Positions 49,601 through 63,005 of a stretch of DNA of 64,000 nucleotides are shown here, piece by piece. Within the stretch, counting starts at the first letter, position 1. Each line of letters begins with the position of its first letter. The notes under the pieces were generated by a model that was not told the origin of the DNA, did no database searches, and was given only the letters and a program-made list of their open reading frames with translations. The stretch spans positions 6,202,001 through 6,266,000 of the forward strand of contig NW_024704742.1 in the NCBI RefSeq assembly GCF_018977255.1. The letters are read 5' to 3'. Made by a program: the position numbers and the translations under genes. The stretch comes from Callorhinchus milii. Lineage: Eukaryota.

Positions 49601-50214
49601 CCTAGAAATAATCATGAAGTGAATGACCAACTTTATCAGTTTTAAAGATAAAATGGCCCAAACTGTACGCATTTCTTCAAATGTTGCCTGGCCAGTGGTC
49701 CGCCTAAGACTAGAATTACCTGTTTCAACTTATAGTCAACTGCCTGAAGGTGCATCTTAACATTTGATTGACTTTGTTGATAACAGCTTTGCACTGACTA
49801 AGCTTCAGTGTGTAAGCAGATCTATATCTGCAGATGCTTTAAATGTCAGTCTGCATAAATTGATTTTTTTTTAAAATAGATATTGTGGAGTGTTTGCTTT
49901 TGAGATGAAAGGCATATTTGTGTATGGGATGAATATTTTAAAAAGTAAATCCTTCATCTAAATTATTTATGACGAATGTTTTGAAAATTCTGTCAAGTAA
50001 CTGATCTCTTACTTAAACCTATTCTATCTTCTGTTTTTAATGCCTCACTTGCTTGTTCTCTTTTTGGTGAACTGTTTCGCTGATGAATGTTTAACAATGT
50101 TCCTCCACTTGTTTGTCTCCAGGTTGACTCAATACGTTCGTCACAATGTTCACAAGATTCAGCTCATTTGATTTCATCCCTCCAGAACAACCACCCTGCA
50201 AACCTCCCATCACA

Positions 50215-50650
50215 GCATCAAGTTGTTTTTCTACATGAGTCTAGTGTCCTGACCTCTACCACCTTTCCTGGCAACCTGTTCCAGTCATTAATTACCCTTT
50301 GGGTAAAGAAAAACTTCCTAGTATCTGTTCTCAAATTGCCCTTTACAACTCTGAACCTATGTCCTCTTATTCTGTTTTATTTAAATTTTATTCTTATTCT
50401 ATTATTATTATCATCATCGTTATTCTACTGGCCTTGTGTGTCCTAATGTTTACATTTTCAATCACATTTAATATTTTGTACACCCCCAGGAGGTGCCCTC
50501 TGAGTTGCCTTCTCTCAAGACTGAAGAGCTCAACTTATTCCACTCTTTGCTCACAGCTCACTCCTCGAAAACTAGAATTCATCCTCATTCTTCTCCTGTG
50601 TACAACTAAAGGGCTCTGTCAGCCCCCTCATTTTGTGGTGACCAGGAAAT
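50215..50650 (-). mobile_element. Older CR1 LINE fragment
   Basis: ctctaccacctttcctggcaacctgttccagtcattaattaccctttgggtaaagaaaaac is the antisense CR1 ORF2 C-terminus. Confidence 0.7.
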
Positions 50651-50820
50651 TGAGTCAAGGTTTCGGGTCCGCGACCCTTCATTTGTTCTGACGAAGGGTC
50701 GTGGACCCGAAATGTTAACTTGCTTTCCTCTCTCCGTAGATGCTGCCTGACTTGCTGAGTGTTCCCAGCGACTTCTGTTTTTGCTTCAGATTTTCAGCAG
50801 CTGCAGTACTTTGAGTTTTA
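50650..50820 (+). mobile_element. Penelope-like repeat fragment with hammerhead motif and inverted duplication
   Basis: CTGACGA-AGGGTC-GTG-GACCC-GAAA at 50688-50712, followed by agatgctgcctgacttgctgagtgttcccagcgac. Confidence 0.78.
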
Positions 50821-51924
50821 TTTCAGGGATTGTTGGTCAGGACATTGGGAGAAATTCCCTTCCATTTTGAAAATGTCCACCTGAAGAGGCAGACGGAGAT
50901 GGAGTTTTGGAGTATTTGTTCAGACTGTGTGAATTCACGCTGATCCGAGGCCTAAACCTATATCCTTCTGACTCAGAGGTGAGAGTGCTAACAGCTGAGC
51001 TAGCTGACACTTGTACTTTCAAGTGAGATATTAACAGTGATAATTTTAAAGGGCATGTTCAGAGTCACAGGTTGACTCTTAAAGCAAAATGCAACTTGAC
51101 ATTGACAAAATACGTGTTAGCAAAAGTTGTGGGTGTTAGGGGTGGGGTGGGGGGGGAGTTTTTTTTGCAATAAACAGAACATAGACTGGCAATCGCTAAA
51201 ACTGACAATCCATTTGTTCCATCTTTATGATAGGGATTCCCACTAAAACACAGAAGTGAAAATACCAGTGGTGTGAATGATCAGTGCGTAATAAACTTGT
51301 ATCAGGCATAGCAATGGACAAGAATTTTAAAGATTCAGCCTAATGATTTTCATGGGTAAAAATACAAATAATTCTCACCGGTATTTGATTCACCAGGCAG
51401 TACTGTGGTCTTCGTGAAGTCAGATTAGAGAACGATCAAATGGAAAGCCAGTGCTTACTGCCTAATGTGTACGTCCTTTGTGTTCCAGTATAATATACAA
51501 ATACTAACTAAATTGATGGAACATAGAGGTGCCAAAACCGCACCAAAGTATTGGCACCTCTAAAAATTATTTGGTCACTCAATCCATGACTGTTTGTGGG
51601 ACGCTGCTGGGTGCAATTGGCTGCCATGTTTTTGCATATTCTGTGAAGCACCTTGAGACATTTCTATGATGTGATAAGGCGCTATATCAAATGCAACGAT
51701 TGTTATTGTATATTATGGCTATTAAAGCTTATATAGTGATGGAGAGTGTTTGACTGCACTGCATTTCTGGCCTGTCCGGAAGGGCTGACAGATATCTCAG
51801 CCTTGCTCTCAGCCAAAAAGCACCAAGCAGAGGCCATTGAACTTCCCGTGATGTGCCACATACAGAAGTGCACTTCCTTGGCATCTCAGGTGATATCCAC
51901 ATAAAGAGGGAACAACAGCATCAA

Positions 51925-52290
51925 GTGTCCTGCAGCTCAGTGGTTAGAGCACTCGTCTCGCAAGCGAGAGGACCTGGGTTGGATTCCCAGGCAGGACGAA
52001 ACCTTGGGCAAGTTTCCTTACTCCACACGCCTCTGTTTACCTGGCAGTAAGTAGGAACCCAGTGGTTAGTTGATTGGCAGATCGCTTTTCCGTGCGTAAT
52101 AATCCCTTCAAAAAAAATTGGTCACTTATTCCACACTGTTTCCGGTCGCTGCCGTGCGCAATTGGCTGCCGCGTTTCGCCCACAGAACATGCAGTCAATT
52201 CACTTTACAGTATATTCTGCGAAGTGCTTTGAGACGTCTCGAAGACCTGATAAGGCGCTACATCAAATGAAAGGATTATTATATATTATG
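51925..52290 (+). mobile_element. tRNA-headed SINE, family A, full length
   Basis: Head, body and tail as in the other copies. Confidence 0.92.
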
Positions 52291-55200
52291 TTACAGCACT
52301 GCCCCCTGAAGGCAAAGCTGCTCTAGAGCCAGTACAGGAGTTTGACTTGCAGTCCAAACAACGATTTTCCGTAAGTATTGAATAGGAATGTACTGGAGGC
52401 AGACAACACCCCTCTCGTCTCATTCACATTGTTCTTAATGCCGATGTCCTGAAGCCACGATGTAGATTTGCCTTCTGGTTCGCGTAAAGCGAACACAACT
52501 TTAACCTAACTCTACACAAATCAGCCAAAAGACCAACGTGTATCAGAGGCTCAGGAAATCACCATTGAGAACCTTGTCGCGGTCGGGTGTGTGGCAAATC
52601 TCAATGGTTTAGATTCAAGGTAGCAATCCAAAGGTGAGACACAGGTTCAGGTACCTGTGAGAATTTGCTCCAACAAATCCCTCAGTGAATCTCACAACTG
52701 ACACCTCTGTGCGGGCATTAACCTATTTGAACTACTTTTCCTTGCAGGGAAGAGGTAAGTGGGGTCTCTTTGGAGCTGGGCAGGCTCCAAGGGGATGCGC
52801 TTAGCAACAGAATGTCAGAACTGAGTCAGTCCTCTGCTGGTGGTCTCGGTAGTCCAGTTCCTGAGCCAGGTGGGTCTGCAGTATTCCAGGGTACCCCGGA
52901 TGACTACAGCCAACCTGGGTCATCAGCAGGACCTGGAAGGACAGATCCAGTCACTGGGAGCAAGGAATCCACCTACACAGCTCCTGTTAACCCTGCAAGC
53001 CAAAGCCCAAAAGGATTGGATGGTCCCAGCTGGACAATCAGCGGAAAAGCTTGCCAGACAACAATATCAATGGCAAGCTATGCGGTTTTAGCTGGTTAGA
53101 CTCCAGCGGTTACCCCAACACAAGCACTCGAGGATCTCCAAACCTTGGCTCTTGCCAACCTGTCGCTCTCTGAAAAGCGAGTGTGAATTCTATTTCAGAC
53201 AAATGTCCCTGTACAGGTGGCATATATGTGAAACATAGAATCAGAACAAATGCAAGGACCTTTATTGATGTTATTGTAGAAAACGGTTATTATTTCAATT
53301 GCGCCCACAAAATATACAGCCAGTTCACTTTACAGTATCTTCTGTGAAGCGCTTGAGACGATTCGAAGATGTGATAAGGCGCTATATCAAATGAAAGGAT
53401 TATTATTATTATTATTAATAATCGCCTTATTTTAGAATCCTTTCTGCTGGTAAGCAATACTCTCCTTTACAGGTTGCACTGCTCTGTGTTTGAACGCGCT
53501 GATACTTCACAGTGTAAAGCGTGACTTTCTTGCACTTAGTGGCTGCATTAACTGGCACATTAGTGTCTGCATATTTTCCTTTCCACTGAACTTTTCACCT
53601 CAAGACCTTCTGACACGGTAAAACTCACACCTTAACGTGCTTATCTCTTTTTAACTGATAAAATAGAAACATAACCTTTGGCTGGAAAGTATGTCAATGC
53701 AGCCTCTGCAGTTTTATTTATATGACCCAGCATTTCATTGACGTTTGCAGCACTTCAAATGTTTGGTAATAGATTGTGGAATCTAAACTGCGAGAGTTGG
53801 AAAAGGAGTTGGAAGTAGCAAGTCCCAATCTGTCGCCCACTGACCCTTTGGAACTCCCTCTGCCTTGGGCCACTCTTTGCCTATCTTCACATTGCACCTG
53901 GAGACTTTCCTCTTTGACCAGCCTATGGTCACCTTCTCTTTCTTCCCCGGCTCGGCGTCAAACTACGCCACTGTTAAGCCCTTCTGAGACGCTATCCTGC
54001 GTAAAGGACACTGTGTTGTTGATGAGTGACATTCTGACTTCTGTGAAGTTCTCTAAAAGATCAGCCATGGTCCCACCTGGAACTCTCTCGTTGCAAACTT
54101 TTTTGTGACTTCTGTCATTTAGAGACCTCCTTACATACATCCACATCACTTTCCTGCCTCACTTCCCTTTAACAACATCCACTTAGTTTTGCGGTCGCTG
54201 TTCCCAGTTTGTAGTACTTTTATTTTCATTGCTCTTTCCGGCATTAAGTTCTGTTTTGCATTTGGGTTGCTTGCTGAAGGGAGGGTGAAACATTCCTCCG
54301 CTCACTAATCCCAGCAAAAATGCCGATATGAGCAAATGGGAGAAGCATGCTGACAGAATGTGTCAATGACCATTCCTGTCCCTCAGAAACACAGAGCAGA
54401 AAACTGTACCAGGAGGGGAGAGTTAAACAACTTAACTTATAGAGCCTTATTGAACACAATCCAAGACGATTTGCATCTGCAAGAGGACTCAGTTACAGCC
54501 ACCAAGTACTACAAGCAGGGTCATGGTTAGCAGTGATTTGGCTTCTCAATGAAGTCAGGGCAGTGTTTCACCACTGAGAAGACAGGTTACAGGTGATACA
54601 TAACACCATTTCAAGCCTGGGTTTTGTTTACAACGTAAAGCAAGAGTTCTGACTTTGTGATGCTCTGTAAGTGAACATTAATAAAAAGCCTTGCATTTGT
54701 TACAGCCCCTATTAACATTGAAACTTCCCAAAACGCTTTGCGGATAATTACTGTGAAGTGTAGTGGACAGTTGACCTCATTGACCTGAAACGGGAATTCA
54801 TTTTCCTCTCTCAATAGATGCTGCCCGACCTGCTGCGTACTCCCAGCCACTTCTGTCTGTATACCAGATTTCCAGCAGCTGCAGTACTTCGCATTTTGTG
54901 TATTGATAGGCGAACGCAACATTTAATTTGCGTACAGCAACATCCCACAAACAGCCATGGAGCGAGAGACCAATTTTCTTTGGGGGGAATGTCGGCCAGG
55001 ACACTGGGACAAACTCCCAACTCTTCTCGAATAGTGCCATAGGATCTTTAACATCCGCCTGAACAGGCAGACAGGTTTGATATCCCATCCGAACAAAGAC
55101 CCAGAGAAAGCCATAAGCTAAACCTGCAATGAGAAGACATCAGGACATAAAAGAAAGTATCAGGTTCACTGAAGAGTAAATTGACTCTTCCTCTCCCAAC

Positions 55201-55660
55201 AAACCGCTCACTATTTTCTACTCAAGTCTAGATACTCCATGGTGCTCTGTGGTATTCTGGTGGTAGTTCACTGTGGTTAAACTAATACCGTATCCAATTT
55301 GAAAGCTGCCGGCCTATGCCATGATATCTGCCTTATTGAGAGACTCTAGTAGCCTTCGCCAGTCACAAAGTTACGGCAGCAAAGAGCTACAAAGCAGGGT
55401 CAACGGTTATAAGTGGGGTTTGCTGCTCTACCAGGCCAGGTCTGGCACAGTCAGAAATAAACCAGAAGGAACATTGCTTACTGAAGCTATTGCTGAAGTG
55501 ATGATTAACAATCGGTGGAGATGAAGTGTCCGCATGAAGGCAGAGAGCGAAAAGAGAAGGCATCACACCCAGGCTGCTGATCGACGGAATACAGCCCCAG
55601 TCCTCGCTCATGGAAATAGGAACCGGTTGTTAGTCAATTGGTGGATCGCTTTTCCGTGGC

Positions 55661-56137
55661 AAAGGAGATTCACAAGGATGATCCCAGGACTGAGAAGTTA
55701 GACCTATCAGGAAAGGCTGAACATACTTGGACTCTTTTTCTCTTGAAAAGAGGAGGATAAGGGTGACCTGATAGAAGTCTGTAAAATGATGAAAGGTTTT
55801 GTTAGGGAAGATGTTTCCACTTGTGGGGAAGACTAAAACCAGGGGCCATCATTATAATAGTCACAAATAGATCAAATAGGGAAGTTAGAAGAACTTTCCT
55901 CACACGGAGAGTAGTGGGAATGTGGAACATGCTACCACAAGGAGTTGTTGAGGCAAATAGCATAGATGTATTTAAGGGAAAGCTAGAGAGGTACATGAGG
56001 GAGAAAGGAATAGAAGGTTATGCTTGAAAGCTTAGTTGAGGAAGAGCAGGAGGAGGCTCATGTGAAGCATAAACACCGGCATAGACCAGTTGGGCCAAAT
56101 GGTCTGTTTCTGTGCTGTATATTCTAATGTATTCTAA
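55661..56137 (+). mobile_element. CR1 LINE 3' fragment inserted inside a SINE
   Basis: Encodes the CR1 ORF2 C-terminus (RRTFLTRRVVGMWNMLPQGVVEANSIDVFKGKLERYM) and ends attctaatgtattctaa. Flanked by the two halves of a SINE. Confidence 0.9.
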
Positions 56138-56325
56138 CGCATAACAATTCTTTTAAAAAATTTGGTCAGTTCAATCCACGAGTGTTTTGTGGGACGCTGC
56201 TGTGTGCAATTGGTTGCCACGTTTCTTCCACCAAAATATGCAGTCAATTCACTTTACAGTACATCCTGTGAAGTGCTTTGCAACGTCTCGAAGATGTGAT
56301 AAAGCGCCGTATCAAATTATTTTAA

Positions 56326-56600
56326 CAGAAGTCGCTGGGAACGCTCAGCAGGTCAGGCAGCATCTATGGAGAAAGGAAAGTGAGTCAACGTTTCGGGTCC
56401 ACGACCCTTTGTCAGAACTCGGGCACGTTGAGAGGGAGAGGCTTTTAAGGACTAACAGAGAGAGGTGGGAGGCAGGGCAAAGAAGAAGAAGGAGAAAATG
56501 GGGTAGAGGACAGGCGATGAGAGTTAAAGACGTGATAATGATGCAAAATAAAGGGTGGGGGATTGCAACAAAACAGGGGAATAGAGGGAATCTAACACGT
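56326..56600 (-). mobile_element. Penelope-like repeat fragment; a further decayed copy lies at ~54775-54900 +
   Basis: Closely similar to the 45.5 kb copy, including the purine-rich extension. Confidence 0.75.
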
Positions 56601-56835
56601 TTAAAAGTCAGCTGTCTCTTTATTTAAAGAGGTTTGGTATGAGTTAATGGAGCTTTGAGCATGCACTTAATTATACGTCTGATTGAGGGCTACTTGAAGT
56701 GATCGCAGGGCTCAGAAAACAAACAGATTTAATCCTCCAGGGCTAACTTCACGAAATTCTGCGCACAAAAAAGTAAAAAGTAAAAACCATGTCTATTACG
56801 TAAAATAACAGATGGTCCAGAATAGATTATTTGAA

Positions 56836-57042
56836 GTCCCGTAGCTCAGTGGTTAGAGCGCTCGCCTCACAAGCGAGAGACCTGAGTTTGTTTCCCAGAA
56901 GGGCGAAACCTTGGGCAAGTTTCCTTACTCCACACGCCTGATAATAATCCTTCAAGAAAAAAATAATTCACAGTATATTCTGTGAAGCGCTTTGAGACGT
57001 CTGGAAGATGTGAAAATCGCTATATCAAATGCAAGGATTTTT
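56836..57042 (+). mobile_element. tRNA-headed SINE, family A, internally deleted
   Basis: Head and tail present, middle missing. Confidence 0.88.
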
Positions 57043-58034
57043 CTTTATATATTAAAGTGTACTTGATGATTCCCTTGTCAATTTCGGACTCTTATGTATG
57101 CACAAGGCTACACCAACACAAGCACAAACTAGTCCGATATCCCCTCGGGATAGCATACACCTTGATGATTCACCCTGAATATCCATCTTATGTCTTAACA
57201 CTCTGTCTGCTCATGTTACTCGTCTGGGTTGAATGGTGAACAGCAGTCTGCTTCCTTAACACGTAGATGATCAGAAAGTTTAAATGATTGAAGTGCAACC
57301 CAGATCCCTGCTTTAAATGAAGTGTACAAACCCACCACGAATCTGCATTCACCGTAGCTCCCCATCAGCGGGATGTTTATACAGTGAACTGGAGGGCAGA
57401 GAGAGAGAGAGAGAGAGTAGAAAGAGAGTAGAGAGAGAGAGAGGAGAGAGAGAAAGGGAAAGAGAGAAAGAGAAAATGGGAGGGGGGAAGAAGAAGGGAT
57501 TTGCAAATGCTAAGCTGTCTTCCATCTCAGTCTGGCTGTGTTAGACCCGAAGGCACGAGGAGGAAATGAGTGTCGATGTTGCATTGTCATTCCACTCCGC
57601 ATTCTGTCGATCCCAACGTAGAATTAGACCTTTGCAGCGCTCTCCTCTCCTACGTTTCAGTCTTGCGTCTTAGTCCTTTGAATAGAACACTTGTATTTTC
57701 CTGAGCATTGCTCTGGAATAGCTTTCTTTTGATCGTCATCCTCTCTTTCACCTCACATTCGGCTGCCAGAATTCCAACAGTAACAGCCATGTATAATCAC
57801 TTGGTTACGGACTGTGATTACTACCATTCCGAGTGATTATTTACAGGTTCAGCCCAGGGTTACCCGCACGCCAGAGCTTTAAATTGACTGGCCTCTTGGC
57901 CTGAGACCAAACAATGCTGAAAGATGCACCATTGTGGCCGTGTAGCAGGAATAACTGGTACATTTTTAGCTCGCACTAGCAGCTTTCCTGACATGCACAG
58001 GATGCCCCAAAAGTCAGGAATCTCCTTCACAAAG

Positions 58035-58421
58035 ATAATAACGATAATAATCCTTGCATTTGATACACCGCCTCATCGCGTTTTTGAGAGTCCTCCAAGC
58101 GCTTCACAGAGTAGACTGTAAGGTGAATTGACTGCATATTTTGTGGGCGAAACGCGGCAGCCAATTGCGCACGGCAATGTCCCCGCAAACAGTCGTGGAT
58201 TGAGTGACCAACCAAATTATTATTATTAATAATTAAAGAGAATTATTACCCCCGGAAAAGCGATCCAACAATCAACTAACAACTGTGTTCCTATTGATTG
58301 CTAGGTAAACAGAGGGGTGTGGAGTAAGGAAACTTGCCCAATGTTTTGCCTTGCCCGGGAATCGAACCCAGGTCCTCTTGCTTGTGAGGCGAGTGCTCTA
58401 ACCTCTTAGCTACAGGACCCC
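58035..58421 (-). mobile_element. tRNA-headed SINE, family A, full length
   Basis: Reverse complement of the complete element. Confidence 0.92.
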
Positions 58422-61239
58422 ACACAGTAGATTACACAGAAAACACTGATCGAGAGCACAGGGTAGTGGAGGGAAATGTAAAGTAATTTGTTTGAGCTGG
58501 GAAGTGGTTTCAGCCACTGCCCTGTGCATTGTCGATGACTGATAACCACTTGGGTTGAAATAGATAAATAACTTGTTTAAAAAATTAGCCTTGATCCCCG
58601 TTTCTCAATCTGTCATTAGCTCACAGGCATTGTTTATTGCTTTGCGTTCTGTTTTTTACACGTGAATTGTGAGCTCATCAAAGGGCATCGGTAGCCGAAA
58701 GAATGCAATGCTTTTGCAACCTTTACTGTCCATTGTGAACACCAAACACTCCCAGGTCAGGGATAATTTCAGGGTTACAGCTAATGGAAAACGCCCTCAT
58801 ACTACTGTAATAACATGTCTTAACCACCGCCTCACAAGAGAACGACCAGCTTTGTATTCTGGGTAGCTCAGTGGGTTGACCACGAGACTTGGGTCAAGAA
58901 GATTTAGGTTTTCAATGGCATGACCCCAAAATTCCACCTCATCTTAGCCTGCAAAATGATTTTCTCAAAATTTCACACCAGATTTATGGAAAAATTCTTA
59001 CAATCGGTCTTAAGTTGGAAGCTGCNTTTTTTTGGAAATAAGAATTTTAAATTTTAAGACAAAATGGTCTTACAGACTGAGACCAGATGGAATATTTGGC
59101 TTTCATTCAGCCCTTCAACTACCTCAAGAAAAAAAAACCAATAATAAATTGATCACTTCAATCCACAACTGTTTGTGGGACACTGCTGTGCGTACTTGGC
59201 TGCCGCGTTTCACCCACAAATATACAGTCAATTCACTTTACAGTATATTGTGAAGCGCTTTGAGATGTCGAGAAGCCATGAAAAACACTATATCAAATGC
59301 AAGGATTATTATTATTATTATTACAACAATCACTTTCACTTACATAGGGCCTTTGAAGTAGAAGGAATACCTCAAAGCACTTAAAATTATAATTTTTATT
59401 TTTGTCTGCCAGATGTCTGACAGATACAGAAACTCATCACCATCCTTAACAGTATATCCAAACCAGAATGAGAGTTCCACATATTTCTCATAAAAATCTT
59501 TATATTTGGTAGAGCAACTTTCGCATCGGGAGGACATCCCAAAGCGCTTCACAGGAATTTACGCTAAAATGCAGTGACTGTGCTGTGTCGTTTTTGTAGG
59601 TGAACATGGCAGATAATTTGGGCACAGCAATGTCCCACAAACAACTATGAAGTGAATACCAATTTTATTTGGGATTTGTTGACCAGGACACCGGGAGAAA
59701 CTCGCTTCTCTTTTTTGAATAGTGCCATGCGCCTTGGGACATCCTCCTGACGTGAAAGGCGTTTTGCAAATGTAATTTTGTTTCGTATTTTGTATGGGAT
59801 CCTTAGCGTCCACTTGAATGGGCATATGGTTTAATGTCTTGTCCGAAGTGCAGAACTTGCACAGGATGCACCTGCACATGGAAATTTGGGAATGAAATTT
59901 GGGAACACACTCTCTTCTTGGATGAACTCATCCTGCTCACCTAATTATGGAACGGCCAAGATGGCTCCATTGTGAGCACCAAATGACAAACTTGCCCACT
60001 GCTTGTCAAGCTAAAACAACACCACCCACTCATTCGGGCTTTAGCTTGCAGGATTAACAGGAGCCAAGTGGGAAAAATCCCTGCTCCCAATGACCAACTA
60101 TGGAGTTACGGAGGTCAGCGAGAAGAGCATTGGTGACTGAGGATTTCAGCAGGGAGTATAAGGTAAGGGTTCTTCACTCTTTAAGGCCAATAAAGTGAGC
60201 TACCGTGTCTAAAACGCTATTCACTGAAATGCCTCTAACAAAATCTGACAGATCTGCAGTAATCCAAGGCACTGTTGATGTGTGACCAACCTATCTGGCT
60301 CATCAGTGTGAATTGGAGATATACATGTGTCCTCAAGTCAAAGTCCTAATGGGTAGGTTCTCAATAGTTCTTGCTGGACAAGTAGGGAGTTTCTCCTTGT
60401 GTTCTGGTCAACAATCCCCCAGATACAAATGTGACATTCAGCTCATGGCTATTTGAAGGAAATTGCTGTGTGCAAATTAACTGTTGCGTTTGCCTACAAT
60501 TATACAGTCACAATACGTCCCAGCAAAAGGTTGTGAAGTGCTTTGAGATGTTTTCATGATGTGATAAGGGTCCATATCAAACGAAAAGGGAACAAAGTGC
60601 CGTGACGCTCACCAATGCATTTTCTACACCAGCTACTCTTATGACCTCTGAGTGCACTTCACTGAAGATGTTTCCCTAATTATTGGATAACTTGTGTTCT
60701 GGACTAATAGGCTATTAACTGGATTTAGACTGAGCAAATACACTGAACTTGGGGTCCTTGAAACTCCGAGTCTGTGTGTTAAGTGGGCATTTCCTTTAAA
60801 TCTATCAGACAGGCAGTTTCCCTGCAGAGACAGGTTTGCAAGTAAAAAAATAAGGTAAAATATGACTAATGTTCATTTACAAACACTTGAAAACACAAAC
60901 ACACGTGCACACTCATACATACAAACAGATAGGCTGACATGCAGAGACATGAGCAAACACACACACACATACACATACCTTAGAAGGTGTCCCTGCTTCT
61001 AATAGCTGATATTTTCTAATAAAAAGCTGATAAAGTTTTTCCTACTTATTGTAGATTTAATAATAATTCTGAGAAATGGAGCCTTATCGCGCCCAAATTG
61101 CTAAGAGCTTAAATGTAGTAACTGTGCATTTGTAGGCAAAGCAACTATTCCTTCATAGAAACTCCAGCATATTGTTGGCCTGGCTCAGTTGGTATCACTC
61201 AAAGCCCCACATCAGGACTTTAAGCTCATGGTCCAGGTC

Positions 61240-61390
61240 AACATAAGAACATAAGAACATAAGAATTAGGAGCAGGAGTAGGCCATTCGGCCCCTCGAGC
61301 CCTGCCCCGCCATTTGATAAGATCATGGCTGATCTTCTGACCTAACTCTAATTACCTGCCCTATCCCCATATCCCCTAATCCCTCTATTT
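61240..61390 (-). mobile_element. CR1 LINE 3' end with (AACATAAG)3 tail
   Basis: aacataagaacataagaacataagaattaggagcaggagtaggccattcggcccctcgag. Confidence 0.8.
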
Positions 61391-62186
61391 TGTCAAGGTG
61401 GTCTAACTGATAATAATAATAATATGATGGCCCGAGAGCTGATATTTTCAGCCCCCACCCCCTCCATTTCATCTGCCTTTAGATGTTATGTTATGTTTCT
61501 GGAAGGGAAACACAAAAATATCGCTCAGGCGGTTAACGGACGTTTCTCAAATAGGGCATCCGGCCCTCGGCAGCCAAAAGTTTGGACTATCCTGGTCCAG
61601 GCTGACACTTCACTGCAGTGCTGGGGGAGTGCTGGTTTGTCAGATGTGCTGTCCGTTGGATAAAATGTTAGATCAAAGTCCTGTTTGCCCATCCAGGTGG
61701 ATATTAAAGATCCCATATAGCACTGTTCAAAAGAAGAAGTGAGTTTCTCCCAAAGTCCTGGCCTCCAAATAAAAGTAATCATTTACTTAATGCTTGTTCG
61801 TGGGATATTGCTTTGTGCAAATTGGCTACAAAATACACAATAAATCCTGTGAAGAGCTTTGAGACGTTCAACGATGAGATAAGGCTCTATATCCAATGCA
61901 ATTATTTTAGCCTGTTAAGGTGCTCTATCAAATACTAGGATTATTATGAAAAATAAGCCACTTTTTTTTAGTTATGTTTTTTTTTCTGTTTTCCGTAAAG
62001 GAACAAATCCAAATCTACATTACCCAAATTAGTGTCACTTTAACCGATAGTTTCTGAAATCTCTTCAGATTGATGAACTATACAGATTTGAGTTTTGAGT
62101 TTTGAAGAGGTAACCTCTGCCTTACAGACCAAGTAATAATGGCTGCTGTTTGTTTACAAACCATCTGAGTGTTATTTTTCACTGTT

Positions 62187-62527
62187 ATTAGAGCACTCCC
62201 CTCGCAAGAGAAGAACCGGGTTCAATTCCCGGCAGGGCGAAACATTAGGCAAGTTTCCTTACTCCACACGCCTCTGTTTACCTAACAGGAACCTGGTTGT
62301 TAGTCGATTGGTGGATCGTTTTCTGGCAGTAACAATCCCTCCAACAACAAAAAAATTGGTCACTCAATCCACAACTGTTTGTGGGACCCTGCTGTGTGGA
62401 ACTGGCTGACACGTTTTGCCCACAAAATATAGTCAATTCACTTTACAGTGAAGCCCTCTGAGACGTCTCAACGACGTGGTAAGGCACTTTATACAACGCA
62501 AGGATTATTATTAATATTATTATTATT
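62187..62527 (+). mobile_element. tRNA-headed SINE, family A, near full length
   Basis: Head from ttagagcactc, then body, tail and (ATT)n. Confidence 0.88.
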
Positions 62528-62751
62528 TAGCGTGCGCTGTGAGTGTGTGTTCATGCGTGGGTGTGAATGAATGTGAAGGAGTTGTACTTGATTTGAATCC
62601 AAACTGGCAGCTGGATTAAGGAGCACGGTGGTAAAACAATACATTTCACTCATAGACTAAAGCCCTATTTATACTAAAGTTATACATTCCTTTCCTATTT
62701 ATTGCAGATTTGCAACTAATTCTCTGTAGAATCTCCAGTATAAAAGGTGAA

Positions 62752-63005
62752 GCTCTGGAACTCCATCCCCCAGTGCCTTCGCCGCCTCCTCCCTTTCCTC
62801 CTTCAAGGCCGGTCTCAAGACCTTTCTCTTTGACTGTGCCTTCAGCTCCCCTCTCGACTCTCTACCCCCTCCTCGCTCCCTCCCTTCCCTCCCCTCACCC
62901 TGACCATTTCCCCTCTCGGGTCCTGACCCAACTGTACAGCGCCTTGGGACGTCCTCCCGACGTGAAATGCGCTCTATAAATGGAATCTTGTTGTTGTTGT
63001 TGTTA
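62752..63005 (+). mobile_element. L2 LINE extreme 3' end
   Basis: ctctggaactccatcccc matches the 15.1 kb L2; ends in the same stem-loop and (TTG)n. Confidence 0.85.

Noticed and set aside
53776..54149. Overlapping 110 aa (+) and 63 aa (-) ORFs in unique sequence
   Set aside because: No recognisable domain or convincing splice sites; ORFs this long are common by chance here.
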